From the sequence record GQ981382: a stretch of 64,000 bases of DNA. One strand, 5' to 3'. Shown in pieces: positions 26,896 through 37,076 of the stretch; the first letter of the stretch is position 1; each line of letters begins with the position of its first letter. The DNA is from Shigella phage SP18. The position numbers and the translations under genes were made by a program. The notes beneath the pieces were generated by a model. It worked only from the letters and a program-made list of their open reading frames with translations. It searched no databases and was not told where the DNA came from.

Positions 26896-27111
26896 TTAAA
26901 TTTCTATTGTACGACGTTCGATGGTCGGATTACCATTTTCATCTTTAGTTCTAACCATAGCCTGGAAGACTCTCTGCCCAGGATGTAATAATTTATTGAG
27001 TTCCTTTTGAAATTCTATTTGAAGTTCTTCGGAAAGGTCAAAAATAGTTTGAGTTGGGGAAAGTCCGTATACTTCTTTAAGGCGTTCACATGTTTCAATT
27101 TCATGCTTCAT
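26896..27111 (-). CDS. small hypothetical protein
   Basis: about 71 aa from MKHEIETC, start overlapping regA stop. Confidence 0.4.
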   Translation of the reverse strand: MKHEIETCERLKEVYGLSPTQTIFDLSEELQIEFQKELNKLLHPGQRVFQAMVRTKDENGNPTIERRTIEI

Positions 27112-27112
27112 A

Positions 27113-27481
27113 TCAATTACCAATTGTATATTTGGCTACGAGCTTCCAGTCGTCTTTTTGTTTGAAGGAGATAACACGGAAGTTGTTTGTTACTGCGAAC
27201 AATTCATTATGCTCTTCTTCTTTGATAGCAATTAAGCCCCAGTCTTCAAGCAGTTGGGCGATGGAATCACGGCGCTGATAGTCTTCGCCGTCAATATCAA
27301 CCTGACGACCATCCATGCGCAGCATTTCTTTGAAGTGAACAATATAATAATGACCTTGCTTCTGGAGGATGTGGCAGCTCTGGTACAGCACACGGTCTTT
27401 ATTATTTGCGATACCCATACGGGTCAGAGTTTCTTTAACTTTCAGGAAGTCTTCAGGTTGCTTTAATGTAATTTCAATCAT
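27113..27481 (-). CDS. regA: RegA translational repressor
   Basis: 122 aa, same length as T4 RegA and highly similar from memory. Confidence 0.85.
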   Translation of the reverse strand: MIEITLKQPEDFLKVKETLTRMGIANNKDRVLYQSCHILQKQGHYYIVHFKEMLRMDGRQVDIDGEDYQRRDSIAQLLEDWGLIAIKEEEHNELFAVTNNFRVISFKQKDDWKLVAKYTIGN

Positions 27482-27482
27482 T

Positions 27483-28061
27483 TTACCATTCCAATATTTG
27501 TTTTTTAATTTCTTTTTGTTCTTTCACATTACTGGTAACGGTCTTTAAGAATTCATCCGTCACCAGACCTTTTGTCTTTTTCAAAACATCTTTAAGACTA
27601 CCTTTGACTTTCAATGTTTCCATATACATCAAAGCATCATCTGCATTAATTGTATAATATTTCATCAAAAGCTTTAACACAAGCTGGACGTTGACTACAT
27701 CCGGTTCAGCCTTCGCCCATTTGCCATAACGCTTGCCTTGTGGAACCGCATGCAGCAAATAATTATAATGCTGTTGGTCTGTTAATCCAGAACCGATTAA
27801 GTTCATCACGTTCACCTGCATGATGCAATCGACATGTTGACTCAAGGCATTGTCCAGCCAGAATTTATTGTAGTTTTCCGATTGAATCAGGTTCCGTGGT
27901 TTTTTGCTAACGGTTATGTCGTTAAGAATCGCGAACAATTCATTTTCTGCTTTCTCTTTGTATGAATCGGACAATTCCTGAATTTTGTTAAAGTCGCGTG
28001 ATTTCCACGCAACTTCATGTTCGTTTAATTGAACGTCATCATCAAAGAGACTTACAGCCAT
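27483..28061 (-). CDS. 62: clamp loader small subunit gp62
   Basis: 192 aa; ends LKKxxLEW like T4 gp62. Confidence 0.85.
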   Translation of the reverse strand: MAVSLFDDDVQLNEHEVAWKSRDFNKIQELSDSYKEKAENELFAILNDITVSKKPRNLIQSENYNKFWLDNALSQHVDCIMQVNVMNLIGSGLTDQQHYNYLLHAVPQGKRYGKWAKAEPDVVNVQLVLKLLMKYYTINADDALMYMETLKVKGSLKDVLKKTKGLVTDEFLKTVTSNVKEQKEIKKQILEW

Positions 28062-29029
28062 TTCATTTCCCCAGCCAGTTGAGCAAACAGATAAGTCAAG
28101 TGAACTTCGGTATTGGCCGCAATGCCATGGTACTGATTATTCTCACCTACAATCTCATACATGCGGATGATACTTGCACCAGTCAGTTTGCCATACATTT
28201 CATCAGCCAGCTTTGCAATGAAGCTTGAATAATCATTTGCATGCTTAGGAGCCAGACCACGAAGAACTTTAAAGTTACGGTCCTTAAGGGCATCAATCAC
28301 ATCATCAATTGGCGTGCGATTGTTTGTCACGATACTCAGAATACCAGAATCGATAACACCCTTTGCAGAGTAACGGTCAAGCTCGTTAATTGTCTTACGC
28401 AGGTCCGGGAAGTTATGCTTAACCAGAGCAGCAACAACTTTCAGGTCTTCGATTTCAACGCCTTCATTTTTACATATCGCAACTGCACGATGAATCATTT
28501 CTTTCATCATGGTAGTCTGGTCAGCCGGGGTTGATTCGCCGAACTTAATGACACGACAACGAGACTGCAACGGAGTAATGATGCCATCGATATTGTTCGC
28601 GGTCATAATGATTGAACAGTTGCTTGAATAAGCTTCCATAAAGCTACGGAGATGTCGTTGTGATTCAGCCAGACCTGCACGGTCAAACTCATCGATAACG
28701 ATTACCTTGCGGCGACCTTCGATTGATTTGGATGATGCAAAGCGAGTCAATTCATTACGCACAAAGTCAATTCGGCAATCGGAGCCGTTAACAAACAGCA
28801 TATCAGAATTCGTATCTGCGCACATAGCTTTTGCAACTGTTGTCTTACCAGTACCAGGGGAACTACTGACCAGAATCAAGTTAGGAATCAAACCTTTTTT
28901 AACAATCGCCTCTAATGTTTCTTTATCATGAGCCGGGAGAATACACTCTGATAATGTACCTGGGCGGTATTTTTGTTCCCACATGAAGTCGGATTCGTTG
29001 ACTGTCAAACCGTTAATTACTGTTGTCAT
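28052..29029 (-). CDS. 44: clamp loader large subunit gp44 (AAA+)
   Basis: track ORF begins at a TTG; ATG at MTTVINGL gives about 325 aa; Walker A SSSPGTGKTT, box VIVIDEFDR; near-colinear with T4 gp44. Confidence 0.9.
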   Translation of the reverse strand: MTTVINGLTVNESDFMWEQKYRPGTLSECILPAHDKETLEAIVKKGLIPNLILVSSSPGTGKTTVAKAMCADTNSDMLFVNGSDCRIDFVRNELTRFASSKSIEGRRKVIVIDEFDRAGLAESQRHLRSFMEAYSSNCSIIMTANNIDGIITPLQSRCRVIKFGESTPADQTTMMKEMIHRAVAICKNEGVEIEDLKVVAALVKHNFPDLRKTINELDRYSAKGVIDSGILSIVTNNRTPIDDVIDALKDRNFKVLRGLAPKHANDYSSFIAKLADEMYGKLTGASIIRMYEIVGENNQYHGIAANTEVHLTYLFAQLAGEMKWL

Positions 29030-29066
29030 TATTATTTTCCTCATATTAGTTTCTACTTTGTACTCC

Positions 29067-29084
29067 ATGGGGCCGAAGCCCCAT
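29067..29084 (-). promoter_or_regulatory. intercistronic CUUCGG hairpin between genes 45 and 44
   Basis: ATGGGGC-cgaa-GCCCCAT, perfect 7-bp stem; possible attenuator or RNA stability element. Confidence 0.45.
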
Positions 29085-29087
29085 TTA

Positions 29088-29783
29088 TTAATCTTGGAAT
29101 TCGTGGCTAGAGCCTTGTTCCATTGCAATCACATAGCTTGCTTGTGTACCTTCAAACTTCGTAGCAAATTTATCATCTTTCGCCCAAAGCATAACACGGT
29201 AATCAGCCGGAATCATTTTCATATTCAGTTTGTTAATGATAAATTTGAACGCTGCATCGCCTTCGTAATCGCCACACACCAGGGAATACAATGGACGCGC
29301 CAATTCTTTATCTTCGAGCTGGTTATAACCATGGATAACAATCTTACCGTCTTTGTTGGTGATTGCAAAAGTATCCAGAGACAAACCACCAGCCACACGC
29401 AGAAGCTGCTGCAGGTCACTGCCTTTCAGGTCGAAGATAACCTTAGCTACCGGGAAAGGAATCTTCTTAGCAGGGAACACGATAGTGCTCGGGTCAGCCG
29501 CAGGCCAGTGAATCGTTGAACGTTGGTCTTTGATAATGATATTTGATGCGTCTTCAGCCAGAGATACTTCAGCTTGGTCAGTTACCAGGCCCAGGATACT
29601 TAAGAAGCCGTTCAGGTCATAAATCGCAGCTTCAAAGTCAATTGTATCATTGATTTCGGATTCGCCATATGACGCTCCAGTTACAGAACGAGTCAGGATG
29701 GTATTGCCTGGTTTAAGCATAATGCCAGAGTAGATGGAGGTGAAGTTTTTCAAAACTGCGATAGTGTCTTTAGAGAATTTCAT
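29088..29783 (-). CDS. 45: sliding clamp gp45
   Basis: 231 aa; colinear with T4 gp45 (LKNFxxIxSGIMLK, IxWPAADPST). Confidence 0.9.
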   Translation of the reverse strand: MKFSKDTIAVLKNFTSIYSGIMLKPGNTILTRSVTGASYGESEINDTIDFEAAIYDLNGFLSILGLVTDQAEVSLAEDASNIIIKDQRSTIHWPAADPSTIVFPAKKIPFPVAKVIFDLKGSDLQQLLRVAGGLSLDTFAITNKDGKIVIHGYNQLEDKELARPLYSLVCGDYEGDAAFKFIINKLNMKMIPADYRVMLWAKDDKFATKFEGTQASYVIAMEQGSSHEFQD

Positions 29784-29813
29784 TTAATTACCTTTTATTC
29801 AAATCAAAATTAA

Positions 29814-30245
29814 TTAAGCAACAACTGCCATTTGTTTGCGGATAGCTTCTGGAAGAGATTCAATATACTCTGGAAGTTGCGCAGCAATAATAGAACCAGC
29901 TTGCACCAGATGGTCGTCAGAGTTAACACAGTAATCATCTTCAAGACGTTCGGAACCGTCACGGTCGATAACCAGTTTAGCACCAGCAGCCAGTGAATCG
30001 TTGTAATGACGTTGCATCAGTTCAATCCACTTATCAGATACATCAGTATCGATAACACCATACAACATGAATTTAACTTCTTGCGGCAGAGACTGCAGAC
30101 GGGTGGCAGATACTTCATCACACGCCAGGACCCAGGATTTGCGGATGCGGTTTTGGTTATGTGGGTTGGCGTCGGTGCGGATGGTTTTAACTTGGATATC
30201 TTTAGCAGTTACGTTGTTCATAATATTCTCTCTATTCATTATCAA
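29814..30245 (-). CDS. rpbA: RpbA-like RNA polymerase-binding protein (positional)
   Basis: 143 aa immediately upstream of gene 45 as T4 rpbA; start uncertain. Confidence 0.45.
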   Translation of the reverse strand: MIMNRENIMNNVTAKDIQVKTIRTDANPHNQNRIRKSWVLACDEVSATRLQSLPQEVKFMLYGVIDTDVSDKWIELMQRHYNDSLAAGAKLVIDRDGSERLEDDYCVNSDDHLVQAGSIIAAQLPEYIESLPEAIRKQMAVVA

Positions 30246-30437
30246 TTAATCAAAGTATTCATATGCGAACCAGGCTTTGTGTCTGTTCGCGATTATTTTA
30301 ACATATTCTTCACCGAAAGCGTTTTGTAAGTCACGTTCAGTAACAAGGTGTTCATCTTTCGAAAAGGTATTAACTAACACATACCGTTTAATTTCAGGGA
30401 CAGCCAGTAAATGCTGCCCGGTTAAGAAGTCAGCCAT
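30246..30437 (-). CDS. small hypothetical protein (45.2 position)
   Basis: about 63 aa from MADFLTGQ, avoiding overlap with gene 46. Confidence 0.4.
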   Translation of the reverse strand: MADFLTGQHLLAVPEIKRYVLVNTFSKDEHLVTERDLQNAFGEEYVKIIANRHKAWFAYEYFD

Positions 30438-30471
30438 AATAGCCTCTATTATAACATCCTTGTTTAAAGCA

Positions 30472-32166
30472 TTATTCCATAACAGTGAATCGACCAACTT
30501 TTTTCATCTGGAGATGTTGCCCGTATGCTTCCGGGTCATGGTCTCGGTGACTGATAATAAAGATGTTGGTGTCTTCCAATTTGTTCAGGATGGTAGCAAT
30601 TGCTTTAACACCCTCTACATCGGTGGCCGAGTCAAAAACTTCATCCAGAATCAAGGTGTTAATATTAACACCAGATACTTTCGCAGCAATATCACGCCAT
30701 GTAAACAGCAATGCAATATCGATACGAGCTTTTTCACCCTGGCTAAATGATGCATAGCTGAAGTCTTCACGTCCACGAGATTTAATCGTTTCGTTGAACT
30801 CTTCATCTAACGTAAAACTATAATCAGCTTCCATAACTTTAAGGTAAGCGTTTATCTGCTTATTAAAGATAGGAATATATTTCTTAATAATCGCACCTTT
30901 GATACCGGAATCTTTCAACATATCCGTTAGGATGCCACGTTGATATTTTTCCATCACAAGGTCAGATTTCTGTTTGACTATTTTATCAAGCTGGTCTTGA
31001 AGCATTTTAATGTCTGCTGCATGGTCGATGAATTCTGACTTAGCTTGCTCGATTAATGCTTTAACCTTTTTAGCTTTTTCGACAGTCTGGACTAAGGTTT
31101 GTTTCTTAGTTTGAATGTCTTGAGCTATTGTACGTTGTTTTTGTCTTGCAGCAGAATACGCATCAAATTGCTCCTGAACAGCGTTCTGGCGAGCTTTATG
31201 GTTATCAGCTGATACATTACATTCTTCAATCTTTGACTCAATCCTGGCGACAATGGGGTCTCCTGGATGCAACTGACTGGCACAAGTCTGACAGCAACCA
31301 CCTTTCTCGTACAGACCAACAACCTTTCGGTAATCGTCTATCTTCGACTTAATCAGGAATGATTCCTGCTTTAACTTCGTGAGTTCATGCTCAGGGTCTT
31401 CTCCCAAGATTATCTCAGTCAGTCTTGTCGTTGCTTCTTCGATAGTCGTTTTGATTCCACGTGCTTCTGTGGCAAGTTCATCATACATCGTTTGCAGCCG
31501 CAACAGATTATCACCTGATAATTTTCTTTGACGGTCTTCGTTGTCCTGATAGATTTTAATCTGTTGAACAATCCCGTCATGCTGCACATCCATCACCTGG
31601 ATTTGACTATTGACTTCGCGGATAAGAGATTTGTTCAGCTTATCCATATCGGCCAGTACAGAAACCTCTAAAAGGTCTTCGACAAGTTTTCTTCTTGCAG
31701 GAGTGGATAGGCCCATAAAAGGGGTATATCCAGCTGTGCCGAGTACGACAATCTGTTTGAAGCTCGCATAGGACATTCCGATGAGCTGTTCAAATTCCGC
31801 TTGGAAGTCTTTACTGCTGGCAGATTCATCAAGACGTTTACCGCCACAAGAGATTTCAAAAACATTGGGTTTTTGCCCGCGTTTGATATAGTATTCTTTT
31901 CCATCATATTCCATCCACAATTCAACGAGCATATCTTTTTTGTTGCTCGAGTTAATCAGCTGGCCTTTCTTTACATCACGAAAAGGCTTACCGAACATAG
32001 CAAAGGTAACCGCTTCAAGGAACGTAGATTTACCCGCGCCATTCTTACCGGTGACCAGAGTTTTTTGGACTTTATCCAGTTCAACAGTAATCGGTTGAGC
32101 ACCAACCGACATAATATTTTTATAGATAACTTTCTTAAGCTTAAAAGTCTTCATCGTAATAAGCAT
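30472..32166 (-). CDS. 46: recombination/repair ATPase gp46 (Rad50/SbcC-like)
   Basis: 564 aa; Walker A GKNGAGKST, long coiled coil, CxxC zinc hook, C-terminal LILDEVFD. Confidence 0.9.
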   Translation of the reverse strand: MLITMKTFKLKKVIYKNIMSVGAQPITVELDKVQKTLVTGKNGAGKSTFLEAVTFAMFGKPFRDVKKGQLINSSNKKDMLVELWMEYDGKEYYIKRGQKPNVFEISCGGKRLDESASSKDFQAEFEQLIGMSYASFKQIVVLGTAGYTPFMGLSTPARRKLVEDLLEVSVLADMDKLNKSLIREVNSQIQVMDVQHDGIVQQIKIYQDNEDRQRKLSGDNLLRLQTMYDELATEARGIKTTIEEATTRLTEIILGEDPEHELTKLKQESFLIKSKIDDYRKVVGLYEKGGCCQTCASQLHPGDPIVARIESKIEECNVSADNHKARQNAVQEQFDAYSAARQKQRTIAQDIQTKKQTLVQTVEKAKKVKALIEQAKSEFIDHAADIKMLQDQLDKIVKQKSDLVMEKYQRGILTDMLKDSGIKGAIIKKYIPIFNKQINAYLKVMEADYSFTLDEEFNETIKSRGREDFSYASFSQGEKARIDIALLFTWRDIAAKVSGVNINTLILDEVFDSATDVEGVKAIATILNKLEDTNIFIISHRDHDPEAYGQHLQMKKVGRFTVME

Positions 32167-32404
32167 CCTTGATACATGATTCAGCCATATGGATTAATGT
32201 CTCTGGAGTATCATCTTCCATTACATTAAAGCTAAATTCCACGGCCCAATCGGTGACTACATAGACTTTGATAAGTTGACCAGTTTCCCGGTCAGTGATA
32301 GCTTCAAACCAATACTTAATAGTATTCGGTTGATTATCGTCGTCAACCACATCACATTCGCGGATATGCTCAAGCCCCGCTTCATTAAAATCATAAAGTC
32401 TCAT
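32141..32404 (-). CDS. hypothetical acidic protein between genes 47 and 46
   Basis: 87 aa ORF with overlapping stop/start. Confidence 0.5.
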   Translation of the reverse strand: MRLYDFNEAGLEHIRECDVVDDDNQPNTIKYWFEAITDRETGQLIKVYVVTDWAVEFSFNVMEDDTPETLIHMAESCIKDAYYDEDF

Positions 32405-33420
32405 GGTTGCACCTCAAGATATAATTTGTTGGCCAATGCTTTGAGAGCTTTTGATTCTTTCTCATTGGCGTCAGGTAATGCATCGATATATTCTGCCATC
32501 ATATCTGTTAAGCGTTTTATGTCTAACTCTTCATCAGAGTCTGACGTATCAACACTGTTATCAACCTTATTGACAACACGCAATTCGTGCACACGCTTTT
32601 CTAATTCAGATTCGAACTTGGTCAGGTCTTTATCGACTTTTTCTACAATAACACGGACCGATAAGTCTTTGAAGTCGTCGTAGTTAATAGTTTCGTTTGG
32701 ATAGAAAATCTTCCGATGCCAGGTGGTTTCATTCGGAATAAATTTCATCTCTTCGGTTTCGGTATCAAATTCCCAGAACCCGCGTGGGTCGTTCTCATCA
32801 CCTGCTGTTAATGTCCATGGTGTTCCTATGTACTTAACGTTTGCAGCTTCTGAAATGGTATGGAAGTGACCAGACCAAACTTGCTTGTACTTCTTAAGGA
32901 AATCAGGCTCAAGTCCGTGGGATTTCAATCCTTTATAGAAATAAAACCCGGTTAATTCCCAGTGACCGATGCAATATTCAGCACCAGAAGTTTTGATATG
33001 TTGGTGAATGTCAGTTGCGTTCTCGTCACACATCCATGGAATCATATCAATCTGACAACCGTCAAAATCAACAGTCGTTGGCTTATCGTAGATTTTAACA
33101 TGGTCATACTTATTCAGGAGTTCAGTGATAGCATTAGGATGAATCTTATTCTTCAGATTCATGTCATGGTTCCCGACTATCGTGTGCATAGTAATTCCTG
33201 CTTCACGAAGGAGTTCCATAATCTCACGGCTGAATTCCATCGTCTTATGCGTTACGGCCTTACGGACGTCAAAAATATCGCCATATTGAATCCAGACTTT
33301 AATCCCATTCGCTTTGGAATATGCAATCGCCTGTAAAATACCATCGCGTTGAATGTTTTGAGCCCATGGGTCGTCAGCTTTGACACCTAAGTGCCAATCA
33401 CCTAAATTTAAAATTTTCAT
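32401..33420 (-). CDS. 47: recombination nuclease gp47 (Mre11/SbcD-like phosphoesterase)
   Basis: 339 aa from MKILNLGDWHLG; phosphoesterase motifs GDxHxG, GDIFD, GNHD. Confidence 0.9.
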   Translation of the reverse strand: MKILNLGDWHLGVKADDPWAQNIQRDGILQAIAYSKANGIKVWIQYGDIFDVRKAVTHKTMEFSREIMELLREAGITMHTIVGNHDMNLKNKIHPNAITELLNKYDHVKIYDKPTTVDFDGCQIDMIPWMCDENATDIHQHIKTSGAEYCIGHWELTGFYFYKGLKSHGLEPDFLKKYKQVWSGHFHTISEAANVKYIGTPWTLTAGDENDPRGFWEFDTETEEMKFIPNETTWHRKIFYPNETINYDDFKDLSVRVIVEKVDKDLTKFESELEKRVHELRVVNKVDNSVDTSDSDEELDIKRLTDMMAEYIDALPDANEKESKALKALANKLYLEVQP

Positions 33421-33563
33421 AAGCCAAGCACCGTTATCGCAATGCAAAATAAAATTATTGAAATGAACCCGTCAGGAGTGGAAAAGAATCCTATCCAACA
33501 AGCTCGTGTGAATGTATAGAATGCCATGAATAGCACGACATATCCTAAAAATAATTCCATATG
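33417..33563 (-). CDS. small hydrophobic membrane peptide (~48 aa, below cutoff)
   Basis: ATG after GAGGAGAAC SD; TGA overlaps gene 47 ATG; coordinates approximate. Confidence 0.35.
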   Translation of the reverse strand, partial: HMELFLGYVVLFMAFYTFTRACWIGFFSTPDGFISIILFCIAITVLGL

Positions 33564-33610
33564 TTCTCCTCAGTTGGTTCATTTTATCATCCCGAATATA
33601 AAGCAAAAAA

Positions 33611-33627
33611 GGAAGCACTAGGCTTCC
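33611..33627 (-). terminator. hairpin (GGAAGC-actag-GCTTCC) with flanking A/T runs
   Basis: inverted repeat in the 47-upstream region. Confidence 0.4.
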
Positions 33628-33947
33628 TTTCCAATTAATACACCGTACAGAGGTTCGTGAGAAGACCTGAACTTGATAGGCTTATAGGTAATAGTACCTT
33701 CATTTTCTGCTTTAATGCGAGCGGCTTCAAATTGAAGTATCATCTCATTTTTGTCAGATTTAATCTTATCAAAATCCGTCGAATTCGTCATTCATACAGC
33801 CTCTTAAAAATCAGGATGTTCGTCTTGAAATATATTACCCAATCGTTTTAATTCATCAGAAGTAAGAATATCTACATCATCAATAGCCATAATATGCCTC
33901 TTAAACTTTTTCGTATTCGTCTTTCATTAGCCAACCTGTCCATGTTA

Positions 33948-34148
33948 TCATCTCTGCCACCACTTCTTAAGTTGATGAGAATCAACCCAAACCTTGGCTA
34001 CAGGCTCAATCTTAAAAATACCATCAGAATATTGGCCCATCATTTTGTATTCGGTTTCGGTCTGCTTAATACAGATATTACCGTATGAGCGAAGTCTGAA
34101 AGCGGCTCCAATAAGAAGCCGTTTAAAAGGTTTATTTACTAATGCCAT
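33948..34148 (-). CDS. hypothetical protein
   Basis: 66 aa ORF. Confidence 0.4.
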   Translation of the reverse strand: MALVNKPFKRLLIGAAFRLRSYGNICIKQTETEYKMMGQYSDGIFKIEPVAKVWVDSHQLKKWWQR

Positions 34149-34443
34149 TTACGATTTCCCAAATTTGTTTGCGAGTAGAATCCCACATCAACTTAATCAG
34201 GTCTTCCGTAACGGGTTGGCGGTAAATCCCACGCAGTTTAACTAAAGCGTATTTGTATGCTTCAAAATTGTTTTCCAGCACTGCGCCTTGAGCATGCTTA
34301 TTCAGTCGTGCAATTTCACGAGCATTCTTTTTCAGAATCTTCGCTGCTTGACTGGTTGCTTCAAGTGCGTTCGCTTCTTCGAGACGTTCCTGTGCTTCTT
34401 CAATCTGCTTATCGGTCAGTTGAGAAATATCTGGAGCTTGCAT
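34132..34443 (-). CDS. hypothetical protein
   Basis: 103 aa ORF. Confidence 0.5.
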   Translation of the reverse strand: MQAPDISQLTDKQIEEAQERLEEANALEATSQAAKILKKNAREIARLNKHAQGAVLENNFEAYKYALVKLRGIYRQPVTEDLIKLMWDSTRKQIWEIVNGISK

Positions 34444-34444
34444 A

Positions 34445-34696
34445 TTAATCCTTGGGAGTTAACTCAATTGTAAAATATAGATTAGCATTATCCACATGAT
34501 AACGGTAATCAACGTTATTATCCGGTGAAGTAAATTCCAGATTCCGGACGTTTAAAGGGTCGATATCAATTGGAAGACCTTTTATGTCTCGCAGATAAAG
34601 TTTAATGAAATATGGGAGCGCAGTAAAGTCTTCCTCGATTTTATCTAAAAAATCGGTAATATCAAATTGATGTTTCATATAAAAAATCCAAATCAC
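34445..34696 (-). CDS. hypothetical protein
   Basis: 83 aa ORF abutting gene 55. Confidence 0.45.
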   Translation of the reverse strand: MIWIFYMKHQFDITDFLDKIEEDFTALPYFIKLYLRDIKGLPIDIDPLNVRNLEFTSPDNNVDYRYHVDNANLYFTIELTPKD

Positions 34697-35219
34697 CTTC
34701 TTTATCTTTGGCGCTCTTATCAGACCCTGGCGCTTTAACTAAAGAGGATTCGTACTGTGTCATTTTGTCATAGATGTCCTGGATAAATGTTTCATCAGCC
34801 AGAGCCACCATATCGTCATCACGTGAATCGTATACGTTATGGACGAAGTAGCTATATTTCTTTGCCATTTCTTTACGTTCTTTTTTGATACGCTGAACGA
34901 AAGCATTGAAGCAAGCCATTGTTATGTAAGCATGTGGATTATCGTATTTTGTTTCGTCGAAGTTGTGAAGACCTTTTATTGCGGCCTCAATTCCGTCTGC
35001 TATCATTTCTTGCTTCCAGGATTGGGTATATCCGGAGAAGTTGAAACGTTTGCTAAGACCTTCGGCTATAAGCATAATCGCCAGACCAATAACATCGTTC
35101 TGGCGAATAATTTTGTTCGGGTCGGTGTTCGCATTCAGCTTCTGTTTCCACTCCGAAATAGCTTTCAAAAGCTCTTTATTATTTACATAGTTATTCTTGG
35201 TTAATTTAATTTCGTTCAT
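34662..35219 (-). CDS. 55: late-transcription sigma factor gp55
   Basis: 185 aa, same length as T4 gp55; position downstream of 47 region. Confidence 0.8.
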   Translation of the reverse strand: MNEIKLTKNNYVNNKELLKAISEWKQKLNANTDPNKIIRQNDVIGLAIMLIAEGLSKRFNFSGYTQSWKQEMIADGIEAAIKGLHNFDETKYDNPHAYITMACFNAFVQRIKKERKEMAKKYSYFVHNVYDSRDDDMVALADETFIQDIYDKMTQYESSLVKAPGSDKSAKDKEGDLDFLYETSI

Positions 35220-35267
35220 ATCGCCTCACTTAGTATATGAATATTATATCATCCTTAATACAAAGCA

Positions 35268-35534
35268 TTAGCGAAGTAAACAGTACGCCTGAAAGACCTT
35301 CTCCATAATTGCCTTAAATTCATGGATGTCAATATAAGGGATAACCTCGGCATCACTAATGAATTCCATCAGACGGTCATGCTCGTTGCGGTATTGTCCT
35401 TCATTCAACATGCCGATATGGGACTCCCACGAGCCATACCCTTCTACGTGTGGGAAGAATGTTATTTTCATGAATTCATCCACCCAAAACGTTCCCAGGT
35501 CCTGGATGGATATCATTGTATGATTGATGTGCAT
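35268..35534 (-). CDS. hypothetical protein
   Basis: 88 aa ORF. Confidence 0.45.
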   Translation of the reverse strand: MHINHTMISIQDLGTFWVDEFMKITFFPHVEGYGSWESHIGMLNEGQYRNEHDRLMEFISDAEVIPYIDIHEFKAIMEKVFQAYCLLR

Positions 35535-35821
35535 CAGTACACCAATTGAGCAGCTTCTAAAACATCATCAAGCTTATCAAACTGGTCAATATAATCAATC
35601 CCACCAACTTCATCTTTAGCATACAACCAATATTGGTGGAATTCATATTCAATAATAAAGTGGTCACCTTCAATCTGGAGAACCCCATCACCATTAAATT
35701 GAACTGCATAACCCGTAAAGCGGACATCATTCAGGAGTTCTTCTTTCATAGTAATCATTTCCAAGTTTTTATCGTAATTAGAGAGTTTTATTTTAATCAT
35801 TAAGATAATCCTCAAATTCAT
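35534..35821 (-). CDS. hypothetical protein
   Basis: 95 aa ORF. Confidence 0.45.
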   Translation of the reverse strand: MNLRIILMIKIKLSNYDKNLEMITMKEELLNDVRFTGYAVQFNGDGVLQIEGDHFIIEYEFHQYWLYAKDEVGGIDYIDQFDKLDDVLEAAQLVY

Positions 35822-36047
35822 TTAATGTCATACCTTCGTTCCATGCTGTTTTCAGGTGCGGCATTCTGTTATACGTCGGCTCCGAGCTTATAGGAAATAT
35901 CCTGAAATCGCGATTACTTCCACCAAGCATATTGGCAGCTTTTATAATAGTTTCACTTTTATTCATTATAGTTGTACGTTGAACACCATGAATAAATGGA
36001 CCTTTAAAAACAATTATGGCTGATACACCTTCTGGTAAATTATTCAT
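35793..36047 (-). CDS. hypothetical protein
   Basis: 84 aa ORF. Confidence 0.45.
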   Translation of the reverse strand: MNNLPEGVSAIIVFKGPFIHGVQRTTIMNKSETIIKAANMLGGSNRDFRIFPISSEPTYNRMPHLKTAWNEGMTLNEFEDYLND

Positions 36048-36370
36048 TTCGCACCCTTAATAATTTTCAGGTCAACAAAACCTTTCTTGCGCTGGGAATT
36101 CATACGCTTGATAGCTTTATCAGAAACTTCTTTGTTTTCACGCGGAAGCGGCAGACCAAACGCTACTACATCAAATTCATTCAGGATATACTGGACAAGG
36201 CTTTCACGAATACGCGCTTTACCCATTGTCTGACCTTCTGCAATAATCAACTTCTGTACATCGCCTTCCCACTGGTCCAGAATCTCAGGGGTAACGAAAC
36301 CAGATTTCATCAGAGTGTTAACTTTAGCAAATGCGAAATTAGTGATGATGTTAGTGATAGATGCAGTCAT
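36044..36370 (-). CDS. hypothetical protein
   Basis: 108 aa ORF. Confidence 0.5.
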   Translation of the reverse strand: MTASITNIITNFAFAKVNTLMKSGFVTPEILDQWEGDVQKLIIAEGQTMGKARIRESLVQYILNEFDVVAFGLPLPRENKEVSDKAIKRMNSQRKKGFVDLKIIKGAK

Positions 36371-36442
36371 GATATATTCCTCAGTCTCATTAAATTAAAA
36401 TTTTATTATCCTAGGGTCATTATACCATGACCCCGTTGGTTT

Positions 36443-36688
36443 TTACTGCGCTTTAGCGCCTTTCCAGCCTTCGTACATCATTGCAACGGATAAAAGCAAT
36501 GCGCCTTCGCATGCAGCATACTTATTATTCCAAAACCAGTTCAGAAAAACTTCATCCTCAATGCCAGAGTGTTTCATGTTCTGGAAAAATTTGGCACGTT
36601 CTTCTGCAATACGTTGTGACAATTTAGATTGTGGATTCATTTTAAATTTTCCAGTTACCGTTTTCATCAATAAATTCAATCCAGTCAT
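36443..36688 (-). CDS. hypothetical protein
   Basis: 81 aa ORF. Confidence 0.45.
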   Translation of the reverse strand: MTGLNLLMKTVTGKFKMNPQSKLSQRIAEERAKFFQNMKHSGIEDEVFLNWFWNNKYAACEGALLLSVAMMYEGWKGAKAQ

Positions 36689-36773
36689 TTACTGACCACT
36701 TGGTTGTATCGCCTTTTGGAGCAGAATTTAAAGCGTATAATCCTTGTTTAAAAAGCATTCGTTTGATATTCAT
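36642..36773 (-). CDS. small hypothetical protein
   Basis: track ORF extends upstream into neighbour; ATG at MNIKRMLFKQ gives about 43 aa. Confidence 0.3.
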   Translation of the reverse strand: MNIKRMLFKQGLYALNSAPKGDTTKWSVNDWIEFIDENGNWKI

Positions 36774-36780
36774 GTTTTCC

Positions 36781-37074
36781 TCAGCTGTAACGATAGCACT
36801 CGTTTGATTTACGTTTTGCAACACGGTGAGAAGTATTATAATCAAAATCATCCTCAACGTATACATCTTTTTTCAACTGACGAACTTCTTTACGCAGTTG
36901 ACGATTCATCTCATTCTTGACTTCTGAATCAACGCCACGCATACGCTTCCATTTGTCTGAACGGAAGATATTTTCTTCAACTTGTTCCTGACTTACACCA
37001 TCAGGCGCCTGACGACGCCCTGAATAATAAAAATCTTTTACAGACAATTCTTTGCGACGAATAGTTTTACCCAT
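36781..37074 (-). CDS. hypothetical basic protein
   Basis: 97 aa ORF. Confidence 0.45.
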   Translation of the reverse strand: MGKTIRRKELSVKDFYYSGRRQAPDGVSQEQVEENIFRSDKWKRMRGVDSEVKNEMNRQLRKEVRQLKKDVYVEDDFDYNTSHRVAKRKSNECYRYS

Positions 37075-37076
37075 AG

